Shown here: in pieces, positions 10,519 through 19,583 of the stretch
Numbering within the stretch: the stretch's first letter is position 1
Layout of the letters: every line of letters begins with the position of its first letter
NCBI GenBank assembly: GCA_965217775.1
Contig: CBDCJH010000002.1
Location: 3,072,001-3,136,000, forward strand
Direction: 5' to 3'
DNA: 64,000 nt
DNA from: Acidobacteriota bacterium
GTDB taxonomy: Bacteria; Acidobacteriota; UBA6911; RPQK01; JAJDTT01
Translations under genes and position numbers: made by a program
The notes under the pieces: generated by a model
What the model saw: the letters and a program-made list of their open reading frames with translations, nothing else
Databases searched by the model: none
Told to the model about the DNA's origin: nothing

Positions 10519-13500
10519 TCACTGGTCCAGTTCCGAGGGTCTTGCCCGCGATTCTAGCATAGGAACCCGCGGAAAAATGCCGTCACGGAATTCGACTGGC
10601 GTTGACCCTTCATCCAATCCCTTCAGCCCCTCCCGTTCCCCTCTTCCCGCTGCCGCCGACTGCGCCAGTTGCAGCTCCCGGCCCCGGATCTCCCGGAACT
10701 GCCGGCTCCGGACGATCATGTCGACGGCGATCGAGAAGCGGTACCCGTTTTCCGCCAACCGGTCCTGCATCTGGTTCAGGAGCGGCTGGTCCGAGAGTTG
10801 GACCTCGCGCCCAATGGCGTAGCCCAGGAGCTTGCGGTAGAACTGGCGGAAGATGGCGTCCCGCCGCTTCTTGACCAGGTAGTCCCTGAGCCCGGTCAAG
10901 CCGTCGATTTCCGTGCCGTCCGGAAGCGTGGTCCGGGTATCGATGACGCGCCCGCCGAGATCGTGCTGGCGGCGGCGCCCGATGGCGTCATATCCCTCCA
11001 GGGCGAATCCGAAGGGATCGATCTTCAGGTGGCAGCCGGAACACTGGGGGTCGCTGGTGTGCCGCGCCACGAGCTGCCGCACCGTCAGACCGTCGGTGGC
11101 GATCTCATCCGGCGGCAACTGGGGCACCTCCTTGGGCGGACGGGGCAGCTTCTCGCCCAGCAGGACTTCGCTGACCCAGTTGCCCCGCAGAATCGGACTG
11201 GTGCGCGAGGCGCCCGACTGCCGGGCCAGGGTGGTGGCGAAACCCAGGATCCCGCCGCGGCCCAGCGAGCGGACGCCGTCCACCCGCCGCCAGCCGTCCC
11301 CCTCGACTCCCTCGACTCCCTCGACTCCGTAGAAGCGGGCCAGCCGCTGGTTCAAAAAGGTGTGATCCGAATCCAGCAGACTCAGCAGCGAGGCGTCGCG
11401 TCGAAACAGATCGGTGAAGAACCGGATCGACTCCTCGTACATGTCCGACCTCAGATCGGCGAACTCGGGAAAGTGCTTCTCGCTCTTCTCGTCCAGGGTG
11501 TCGAAGTCGTGAATATGCAGCCACTGGCAGGCGAACTCGGTGGCCAGGCGCCGCACTCGAGGGTCTTTGAGCAGGCGCCGGGCCTGTTGGGAAAGGATCT
11601 CGGGGTCCCGCAGGCGCCCGGCGGCAGCCAGGGAGAGGAGTTCCTGATCCGGAAGAGACGACCAGAGGAAATAGCTCAACCGGTTTGCCAACTCCCAATC
11701 GGAGACCGGACCGGCCGGACCGGCGGGCGCCTCTTCCAGCCGATACAGGAAAGGCGCCGAGACCAGCATGCGGGCCAGTGTCAGCCGAAACGCCTCCTCG
11801 TGGTCCATCTCTTCGTCGCGAAGCCGGCGATAGAGTCCACGCAGCCGGTCTTGCTCCCCGTCGCTCAGGGGACGCCGATAGACCCGGGCGGCAAATTCGA
11901 CCAGGGCGTCGAGCTGGATCGGCTCATTCCGGAGCCGACGCTTGCGGAAGGCAGCGGCATCCCCGTCGTAGCGACGGCGTAGCGGAAGTACGGCCTCGTG
12001 CTGAGACCGATCATCCAGGCCGTTCCCCTGAAACGCCTCCATCAGCAGGTCCAGGGCCAGGACCCGCTGAAACGCGCTGTGGCTCACGTAGTGAAGCTGG
12101 TCCCAGAGCCGGTCGAGCCGGGCTCCCTCCTCGGGCTCGAGCATCAGGCGGGCCAGATGGTCATCCTCCCGATAGAAGAGGTTGATGGTGAGAACCTCGT
12201 CCACGGGCACGATCTGGTTGTAGCAGAGGGCGGCCGGGAAGAGTTTCCGGTGCTCGTCGAACGCCGCCTCCATTCTGGCCCTCATGGGAGTCTCGGGAGC
12301 GATGAGGATGGGCCGCAGGAAGGAGACGACCCGGTTCTCCGAGAAGACCTGCGTGACCCGGGAGAAGTTCACCATGACCTTGCTGGGAAGGAGGCCGGGC
12401 TGGGCGGTAACGGCGCCGGGCTTCAGGTCGACCTGGACGCTCCCCTCCCTGCCGGTCTGCGTTTCCAACACGGCAGTGGTGGTGAAGTCGTAGCCGGCAA
12501 AGAGACGGCCCGGAAGACGGATCCGGATCACCGATGGCGCCTGGACACAGAGCGAGTCGGTGTCGATGGCCCGGCCGTCCGGATGCCGGCCGAACAGTTC
12601 CGGGTCCAGCCCCCATTCGGACGCGGTGCCCGCGGCCTCCCCGTCCAACGATCGGGCCAGTCTGCGCACGTCTCGCAGGAGAATGTCGGGACGCCCGTGC
12701 GCCACCAGGCGCGGTTGTTGCCAGACCACGAAATCGCCGCCGTTTCCGTCACCGGCATCCCCCACCACCAGCGAAAAGACGACATCCTTCGGCTCGTAAC
12801 CCTCCACGAATTCCGGAACCGAGATACAGACTGTCTTCTCCGTGACCAGGGGATTCACCGGCTCCATCCACCGGGACGGCCCACCTTTCCGCCCGATGAG
12901 GCCCACGGGTCCGAACGTCCAGAGTCCTTTTTGCCAAGCTCTGATCCGGCTGGCCAGGGAAGCCGCAGCTTCCGGCCCGGCACTTTGCCATTCGGCCCGG
13001 AGATCGTTCAGCAACAGAGTGGTCTCAGGGGTGGACAGATGGGCCCAAAGGGTGTCCAGGTACTTGGCGCTCAAACCCTGTTCCCGGGCGACCGTCCGGA
13101 TGTCCTTACGGCCACTTCGGAGAGCGTCCCGTTCCGACAGAGTGGCGGACAGGTACTTCTCCAGCGGCAACAGTCCGGCCAACCCGATTCGGGTGTCGCC
13201 GTGAACGGCGAGGTTGCCTACAGCCGAACCGACCCCAAAGTCCGCCGTCTCCACGTACCGTCCGTAAAGACCGCGAATCCGGGCCAGGACCTCGTCCGTC
13301 CAGTCGCGCCGTGTGGACTTGGCCGAGAACCGGAACCCGTCCGGCAGCAGCACCACGTGGCCGGCGATCTCCTTGCCGGCGTCCAGGTACTTGCTCAGCA
13401 GCGCCGGCGACATGACCAGGGCGTTCCCGGTGTTGGTGAACCCTTCGCCGGCCGCACTGTCGGTGGGGAACTGCCGGGCCGGGTCCAGAGCGATGCCCGT

Positions 13501-13947
13501 CAGATCGCGGATGGTATAGGTGTACTCAGCGTTGTTGAGCCGCCTCAGGACGACGGGACCGGGATCGCCGGCATTGGCCAATGACTCGGCCTGGAGGTAG
13601 CGATCCACCCAGTCCCTGAGCTGCCGCCGCTGTCCGGGCGCCGGCTGCTGGGCGAAACCGGGCGGCATCTCGCCGTTGTCCAGCATCTCGATGACCTTGA
13701 GCCACGACTTGGACCCGCGCCTCACCTCGGACAGCGTTGCGAATTGCTCCAGATCCAACTCGCCCACCTGTTTCTCGGTGGAGTGGCACTCCAGGCAGAA
13801 CTGCCGGGTCAGTGGCCGGATCCGGTTCCGGTATTCGTCCGCCAGCTCCCGGAACACATCCCCGCCGGTCTCGGCGGCGAGGGGCGCCGCCAAGGAACTC
13901 CAGAGGATCAGCAGAGAAACCCACGCGAAGCGTCGAAAGACCGGCAT
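10519..13947 (-). CDS. DUF1592/DUF1588/DUF1585/DUF1587 protein with c-type heme motifs (planctomycete cytochrome-like)
   Basis: CLECH and CSGCH; RRLNNAEYTYTIRDL, ELANRLSYFLWSSLPD, RTSPILRGNW, IDPFGFALEGYDAIGR. Confidence 0.93.
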   Translation of the reverse strand: MPVFRRFAWVSLLILWSSLAAPLAAETGGDVFRELADEYRNRIRPLTRQFCLECHSTEKQVGELDLEQFATLSEVRRGSKSWLKVIEMLDNGEMPPGFAQQPAPGQRRQLRDWVDRYLQAESLANAGDPGPVVLRRLNNAEYTYTIRDLTGIALDPARQFPTDSAAGEGFTNTGNALVMSPALLSKYLDAGKEIAGHVVLLPDGFRFSAKSTRRDWTDEVLARIRGLYGRYVETADFGVGSAVGNLAVHGDTRIGLAGLLPLEKYLSATLSERDALRSGRKDIRTVAREQGLSAKYLDTLWAHLSTPETTLLLNDLRAEWQSAGPEAAASLASRIRAWQKGLWTFGPVGLIGRKGGPSRWMEPVNPLVTEKTVCISVPEFVEGYEPKDVVFSLVVGDAGDGNGGDFVVWQQPRLVAHGRPDILLRDVRRLARSLDGEAAGTASEWGLDPELFGRHPDGRAIDTDSLCVQAPSVIRIRLPGRLFAGYDFTTTAVLETQTGREGSVQVDLKPGAVTAQPGLLPSKVMVNFSRVTQVFSENRVVSFLRPILIAPETPMRARMEAAFDEHRKLFPAALCYNQIVPVDEVLTINLFYREDDHLARLMLEPEEGARLDRLWDQLHYVSHSAFQRVLALDLLMEAFQGNGLDDRSQHEAVLPLRRRYDGDAAAFRKRRLRNEPIQLDALVEFAARVYRRPLSDGEQDRLRGLYRRLRDEEMDHEEAFRLTLARMLVSAPFLYRLEEAPAGPAGPVSDWELANRLSYFLWSSLPDQELLSLAAAGRLRDPEILSQQARRLLKDPRVRRLATEFACQWLHIHDFDTLDEKSEKHFPEFADLRSDMYEESIRFFTDLFRRDASLLSLLDSDHTFLNQRLARFYGVEGVEGVEGDGWRRVDGVRSLGRGGILGFATTLARQSGASRTSPILRGNWVSEVLLGEKLPRPPKEVPQLPPDEIATDGLTVRQLVARHTSDPQCSGCHLKIDPFGFALEGYDAIGRRRQHDLGGRVIDTRTTLPDGTEIDGLTGLRDYLVKKRRDAIFRQFYRKLLGYAIGREVQLSDQPLLNQMQDRLAENGYRFSIAVDMIVRSRQFREIRGRELQLAQSAAAGRGEREGLKGLDEGSTPVEFRDGIFPRVPMLESRARPSELDQ

Positions 13948-14229
13948 AACTCTCTCACCTTCCCGGAACCCGAGGGTTCCCGGCGTAACGTTCGGACGCC
14001 CGGCTGGGGATGCGTCCCGGCACCAGCGCGTCCGGCAGGGCCCGGGCCCGTAGCCATCGGACTATGGTTGAAAAGTTTACTGCAATGACGGCCGATTGTA
14101 ACCCACCCTTCGAGGTCGCTTCGGGGTGTCAAGTTCCGCATACCGCCAGGACCAAAGATGCGCCGGTCCAACTCCTGCAGGATACAATGGCGTCGCAACG
14201 ATCAGGACCGAGCCGGACGAAAGGGAGCC

Positions 14230-15135
14230 GTGCCCACGACAACGATCGAACAGGTTCGGACCGGCGGCAGCCGCACCGCCGAACTCGCGGCGGTGAGCCG
14301 CGCCCGGCATCTTCTCCGGCACCGGAAACCCCACATTTTCGAAGACCCCTTCGCCATCCATCTGCTGGGAGATCGGTGGCGGAGGATCATCTCGTCGCGT
14401 TGGCTCGACTCGTTGCTCTCGAAGATCGTCATGAAGAAACTCATGCCCATCAGCATCCAGCAACTGACCCGCGCCCGGTTCGCCGAAGACGCTCTCGAAG
14501 CAGCGGCCCGCAACGGCGTAACTCAGTATGTGATCCTGGGCTCCGGCTTCGATTCCTTCGCGTTCCGGCGTCCGGACCTGGACCTGACCGTATTCGAAGT
14601 CGACCAAGCGGCGATGATCCGCCTGAAGAGAGAACGCCTCGCCGCCGCGAACCTGAAACTTCCCGCTCGATTGAACCTCGTCCCCTTCGACTTCGAGAGC
14701 GGCGATCTTCGAAAAGTGCTCACTGCGGCCGGGTTCGTTCCCGGCTCACGATCGTTCTTCAACTGGATGGGAGTCACCTACTATCTCACCCGGGCCTCCA
14801 TCCTCGACAATCTGGCTCGTTTGGCGGAGATCGCAAATCCGGGGTCGGAACTCGTCTTCGACTACCTGATCGCGGCCGAGTGCGTGCCGCCGGAAGATCG
14901 TGATCTCTTCGCCCGGCTGATGGCGTTCGTGGAGAAACGGGGCGAGCCCATGATTTCGCGCTTCGACCCGGCCCGCGTGGGCGCCGTGCTGAATCTTGGC
15001 GATGTCTGGGAAATCGTCCGGAACGACTCACCGGCCGATCACCATCGCAGCTATGTGGCAGGACGAAGCGACCTGCCTCCTCTGGCCCCCATCACCTGGT
15101 GCCTCCACCTGCGGAGGGGAGGCGCCGGTCAGTAG
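14230..15135 (+). CDS. Class I SAM-dependent methyltransferase (LCM/Ppm1-like)
   Basis: SRTAELAAVSRA, FEDPFA, RARFAED, QYVILGSGFDSFAFR, FEVD, WMGVTYYL. GTG start inferred after GGGAG. Confidence 0.88.
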   Translation: MPTTTIEQVRTGGSRTAELAAVSRARHLLRHRKPHIFEDPFAIHLLGDRWRRIISSRWLDSLLSKIVMKKLMPISIQQLTRARFAEDALEAAARNGVTQYVILGSGFDSFAFRRPDLDLTVFEVDQAAMIRLKRERLAAANLKLPARLNLVPFDFESGDLRKVLTAAGFVPGSRSFFNWMGVTYYLTRASILDNLARLAEIANPGSELVFDYLIAAECVPPEDRDLFARLMAFVEKRGEPMISRFDPARVGAVLNLGDVWEIVRNDSPADHHRSYVAGRSDLPPLAPITWCLHLRRGGAGQ

Positions 15136-15171
15136 CCGCCGCCAGAGCGGGCGGACTTTCTCATCGGCCGG

Positions 15172-15507
15172 CTACCTCAAATGGGCGACCTCGATTCCGC
15201 CCCAATGTTTCTTCAGGTACTCTGCGACCAGCCGGCGGTGGCACTGGTGGGGTTGATCCTCGCTGCACAGGAGGCAACCGTCGCTCAGAACCTGCTTCGG
15301 CGTCGTCACTTCGATTCGCCGATGGCGCATCAGTTTGATGAAACGCCGTTCGAATGTTTCCCAGCCAATTGCCTTCTTTCGATATGCGCCCAACAGCTCC
15401 CTCGTAGGAGCCAAGCTGGGCAGATGAACGTAGTCCATCCCGCAAATTTCACCGAGGAAGTAGGCAAGGTCGTCTTTCTTGGCGAAGCCGATGGTGGACA
15501 GCTTCAT
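15172..15507 (-). pseudogene. DUF488 family protein, apparent internal deletion near the N-terminus
   Basis: TIGFAKKDDLAYFL...LAPT...CLLCSEDQPHQCHRRLVAEYL; the usual DVR segment between TIGF and GFAKK is missing. Confidence 0.75.
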
Positions 15508-16142
15508 TGCATCAATTCCACGGAAGCGGCGGCCAGACTCTTGTCCCTGTAGGCAATGCGCTTCGCTTGGCGTTTCACGGCCTCGGCGATCATCAGATCC
15601 GTAGGAGGTTGCGTCTGCCGAATCAGTGGGCCCTCGGAAGGCAATACGAGATCGATCAAACGACTCATCGCTTGGTCATGTGACTCCAGCCTGCCGTCGG
15701 CGTGAATATGCGCAACCTCGACGCCGCGTTTGTCGAGTGCGCAGGCGACGAGGAGCGTCCGGTGGCAGTCGAGAGGCTCCTTCTCCGCGCACATGAGTGC
15801 AATGCGGTGCCTGGCGGCTCCGTCAACGACGCGTGCAAGTCCGTGTTGGAAGGTCTCCGTTGCGGCGACCCGATCGAAAACGATACGCCCCTCATCGTCG
15901 TAACAGTCGAAGTTGCCGGACCGGCCACCCAACTCTCGTCCCAAATACACGTATGCGATACCGCCTGCCTTGAGGGCGGCGGCGAACGATTCTCGATTGA
16001 ACTGGGGATTGAACCGGCTGTATGGCGCCGAGCGGACGTCAGCCAGGGCATCTACTCGATGTTCTCGAAGGAGTTCGACGAAAGCCTCCAGAGTGTGATT
16101 GGAATGGCCGACGGTGAAGACCTTGGATTGGATCTTCTGCAT
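15504..16142 (-). CDS. DUF488 family protein
   Basis: FTVGHSNH, DVRSAPYSRFNPQF, ELGGR, LMCAEKEPLDCHR motifs. Confidence 0.9.
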   Translation of the reverse strand: MQKIQSKVFTVGHSNHTLEAFVELLREHRVDALADVRSAPYSRFNPQFNRESFAAALKAGGIAYVYLGRELGGRSGNFDCYDDEGRIVFDRVAATETFQHGLARVVDGAARHRIALMCAEKEPLDCHRTLLVACALDKRGVEVAHIHADGRLESHDQAMSRLIDLVLPSEGPLIRQTQPPTDLMIAEAVKRQAKRIAYRDKSLAAASVELMQ

Positions 16143-16153
16143 GGGGCTTGGCG

Positions 16154-16818
16154 TCAAACAGCCTTGATGACGGCTGCGATCAACTTGTAGCACGATCCCC
16201 GGAATGGCTCTTCAAGGCTGATCGTGAGATAGCACTCGCCGAGTTGATAGGTGCCGTCCAACTTCGCCAAGTACATTCTTTCGTATGTCGGATCGGTGAC
16301 CCAGAGCCCGTAGGTCGAACCAGCGAAACGGAATCGACCCTGCACCCGCCGCTTGTTGTTCCCGAATGCCTCGCCGGGCCAACACACGACAAGTTCCAAT
16401 CGATCGACCCGAATCAGTCGCAATGAATCGGAGACTGAGTCGATTGCCGCGATCGGGATCGTGTCGTTCCGGCCTTTGTAGGTGCTGAATCCGTCGATCC
16501 AGAGGGGAGCGCCGGCAGATCGAAGGACGACAGCCGGCCCGCTTTTTCCCAATAGCACACGGGATCGAGCAGCCAGTTCTCGGTCTGGTGGTCCCGTGGC
16601 CGAGGTTCCAACAACGGGATATCGATGATGTCCAGAACCTGCGGGTCGCTGCCGTCCTCGTACTGCCGCTCGTATGCGGACACCCCCTGAGTCTCGCGAT
16701 CGCTCACGAGTCGAACCCAGTCGCCGGCTCCGCGACCCTCGATCCACTCCCGGCCGGCTACGCACCGCTCCACCAGCTTCCGAGAATTCGCCAGGCAGAC
16801 GACGCGCTTCACAGGCAT
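16154..16818 (-). pseudogene. Dual OB-fold domain protein (DUF488-associated), frameshifted near 16510
   Basis: Frame 1: VCLANSRK..RCVAGRE...HQTENWLLD. Frame 2: PLWIDG..GRNDTI...SLRLI...LWVTDP...LTISLEEPFRGSCYKLIAAVI. Confidence 0.8.
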
Positions 16819-16838
16819 AGTGGACCCCGTCTCGCCGC

Positions 16839-18068
16839 CTATTGGGCTGCCCAAATCACGAGCCGCAGCTCGCTGTCGTCGATCAGCCCGTACTCCGGGA
16901 GGCGACCGGAGAGTCTCTCACATTTTTGCATGATGATCGGCACTCCGTCGCCCCGCCGGTCCATTAGATTCACACGGCCAAGGCCGGTCGGAGCCGGACA
17001 GCGCGCCAGTAGAGACACGATCAACTGGTTTCGGCTGGCTTGGCGCAAGTGCAGGCTGTCGATAGTGAGGGTGTTTACCAGGGCGCCGGGGACATAGAGT
17101 TCAAGGCGATCCCCGAACAGGTGCAATCGCACGCGCGCCCCCGCCACCGAGTAGTCCCGGTGCGCCACCGCGTTCACCAACGCCTCGAACACCGCTCGTT
17201 CACTGAACTGCGGATGATCGGTGCGCGCGGTCGCCTTCGTCGCACGCACCAGCATGTTACGGCGGACGAAATGCAGCGCCTCGGCGACCTGTTCGTCAAG
17301 CGGCCCGCCGCGATCTCGGGCATCGGTCTGGTAATCAATGTCGGTGCGCTCTCCCGCGTAGCTGACCGCTTGCACGTACGCGTGAGGCAGCCACCGTTGC
17401 GGCTCGCGCGTGCACAGCAGGACGCCGGCGAGCGTGATTCGAGCCACCCCATCATCATCGTCGACCACCAGACGAAGCTTTCGCGCCGCCGCCTCCGAGA
17501 CGCCCTCCCGGCTGGGTTCTTCCCGCAGGAATCGGCGCGTCAGCGCATAGTCCAGATCGCCCGTCGTAGTGCCCGGCACGATGGATTCGTCGAATCGGAT
17601 CATACGACTCTGGCTGCGCTCCTGAAAAAGGCGGGCCAGAACGTCCGGGGCCATTTCATGTTTGGAGCTGCCGATCCGGCGGAAATATCCGCCCGGGCTC
17701 TTGTGTACGAACAGGCTGCGGGCAATATCCAGGCGAACGACTGGAACCAACTGTCCATCCGAGCCCGGCAATTCCAACTTGTGGATGTCGGCATCGAGCG
17801 CCGGCTTTACGGAGTCATTGCAGATTTCTCGCGCCCAGCCTTCGACGGTATCCAGAGCCTGGAGCGGAATACCAAGAATTTCCCGGGACTTGTCGTCTAC
17901 CCCCAGGATCACGGTGCCGCCTCTGGCGTTCGCAAGAGCTGCCAACTCGTCCGCCATGTCGTTCCGCTTCGGGTCCGACACGCGGCGCCCTGCCAGCACG
18001 ATCCGCTTGAGCTCCAGGGTCGAGTCCTCGCCAAGCTGTATCCGCCGAGCGAGTTCGGCGTTGGTCAT
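16839..18068 (-). CDS. AlbA_2/Schlafen-like domain + HATPase_c_4 (RecG-C-like) protein
   Basis: LGEDSTLELK, ALANARGGTVILGVDD, YFRRIGSS, EALVNAVAHRDY, RLELYVPG, SRNQLI. Confidence 0.9.
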   Translation of the reverse strand: MTNAELARRIQLGEDSTLELKRIVLAGRRVSDPKRNDMADELAALANARGGTVILGVDDKSREILGIPLQALDTVEGWAREICNDSVKPALDADIHKLELPGSDGQLVPVVRLDIARSLFVHKSPGGYFRRIGSSKHEMAPDVLARLFQERSQSRMIRFDESIVPGTTTGDLDYALTRRFLREEPSREGVSEAAARKLRLVVDDDDGVARITLAGVLLCTREPQRWLPHAYVQAVSYAGERTDIDYQTDARDRGGPLDEQVAEALHFVRRNMLVRATKATARTDHPQFSERAVFEALVNAVAHRDYSVAGARVRLHLFGDRLELYVPGALVNTLTIDSLHLRQASRNQLIVSLLARCPAPTGLGRVNLMDRRGDGVPIIMQKCERLSGRLPEYGLIDDSELRLVIWAAQ

Positions 18069-18164
18069 TTCATCCTTTAATCTACCAACTACGGGTGGCT
18101 GGCGAGCCCGTGGACATCAGAATCGCCACAGCGTCCAATGTCTTCTTTCGTATTGCCAAGGCGA

Positions 18165-18902
18165 TCAAATCTTCTTCGCCATCCACCTCACTTCTCCGAT
18201 CACGACGGAACCTCGAGACGGCTCCGGCTCACACCCGGGATGATCGCTCTTCAGCATCCAGTTTCCCGTCTCGTCTTTCTCCGCTCTCCGGATGACGATG
18301 CCGTCTTCGGTGCGAATCACGAAGATCCGGCCCGGCTGCAATTGTTTTCGTTTGTGGTCCACCAGGACGACGCAACCCCCCGGCAGGGTGGGTTCCATCG
18401 ACTCGCCCGCCGCCGTTGGCAGCCTCCGGACCCCGACGGCCGGATTGTCGAGGACTTCCGGCTTGCCCGGCGAGACACCGGGCACTTCTGAGGCCTGGCC
18501 GCTCGCATCGGGAACCTCCGTTTACGGCCTCGGCTCCGAATGCGGTCCGATCTGGCGGCGTAGCGCCTCGATCTCCGCTTGCGAAGAGGCCAACTGGGCT
18601 TTCAATTCCAGCAACCCGGCATGGAGCTGGTCCACCCACTGCGGGTTCTCGGTTGACGACTCCGGGGTCCCGCTCACCGCCTGGATCGTCTCGTCGTGAT
18701 GCCCTCTCGGCGGCCCCACGTAGAATTCGAGTTCCAGCGCCCTGCAGATTTCGGCCAGACGTTCGCTTCCGGGCTCTCGGCCCCTGAGAACGGATCGGAT
18801 CGCGTTTTGGGGGAGCCCCGCGTCCACTGCTGCCCGGTAGGCATTGGTCCCACGGCGTTCCAATTCCCGGCGAATGACGGCTACGATCTCCGATATCTGC
18901 AT
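18165..18902 (-). pseudogene. CI/LexA-like XRE-HTH + S24 repressor interrupted by an in-frame TAA (18522-18524)
   Basis: HTH (AYRAAVDAGLPQNAIRSVLRGREP...LAEICRALELEF) and S24 part (GESMEPTL...VLVD...LKSDHP) lie in the same frame, separated by one stop codon. Confidence 0.8.
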
Positions 18903-19165
18903 TCCGTGATGATACTGAGAGACGTTTTCGCTATCAACAGTAAATAAATGTTCCATTTTTTCTATTGATGGAAAATTCCCAACACAACTCACTGGAACGA
19001 GCCGGCGGTTAGGGTTCGAATGGATTCCCTTGGGAACGTTGGCCAGGATGGGGTCGCCAGCACTTTCCGTTCCCGGTTCGAGTCGCTTCAACTATCGTGC
19101 ACCTGCCGGAGACGACCGTGGTCATCCCGTCTTCGGTGTTTCACCGGTTCCCGATATTGATTAGT

Positions 19166-19190
19166 GTAGAACTCTTCTGTATCCATCTAC
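19166..19190 (+). promoter_or_regulatory. Putative vapBC operator (GTAGA-N15-TCTAC inverted repeat)
   Basis: Inverted repeat just upstream of the antitoxin RBS; TTGATT -35-like hexamer at 19157. Confidence 0.45.
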
Positions 19191-19203
19191 CTGGGAGCGG
19201 ACG

Positions 19204-19461
19204 ATGGGCCTCAACATCAAGAACGAACAGACCTGCCGACTCGCCCGCGAGCTCGCCCGGTTGACCGGCGAGACCATGACCGGTGCGATTACCGTCGCCC
19301 TACGCGAACGACTGGAGCGCGAGAAACGCGATCGCAGCGTCGAAGCTCGTGTCCAAGAGTTGCGCGCGATCGCAGAACGCAGTGCCGAGTTGATGGGTCC
19401 GGGTCCCTCAGCGGTGGAGATCGGCGACCTGCTCTACGACGAGCAAGGATTGCCCAATTGA
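19204..19461 (+). CDS. vapB: VapB antitoxin (Rv0623-like)
   Basis: MGLNIKN...RLARELARLTGETMTGAITVALRERL...LLYDEQGLP. Confidence 0.9.
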   Translation: MGLNIKNEQTCRLARELARLTGETMTGAITVALRERLEREKRDRSVEARVQELRAIAERSAELMGPGPSAVEIGDLLYDEQGLPN

Positions 19462-19583
19462 TCGTCGACAGCTCGGCAGTGGTCGCAATTCTGAACCGGG
19501 AGTCGGATGCCGAATACTACGAGATGGCGATCGCCTCGGCTCCGAAGTGCCGCTCCCGCGGTGACGATTGCCGGGACGGGTAG
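19458..19583 (+). pseudogene. vapC: Truncated VapC PIN toxin
   Basis: TTG start overlaps the vapB stop; MIVDSSAVVAILNRESDAE... ends after 41 aa. Confidence 0.8.

Noticed and set aside
11299-11329. 9-bp tandem repeat (GVEGVEGVEG) in the DUF1592 gene
   Set aside because: In-frame micro-duplication in a linker; no phase-variation potential.
18165-19100. Prophage
   Set aside because: Only a CI-like repressor; no integrase, replication or structural genes.
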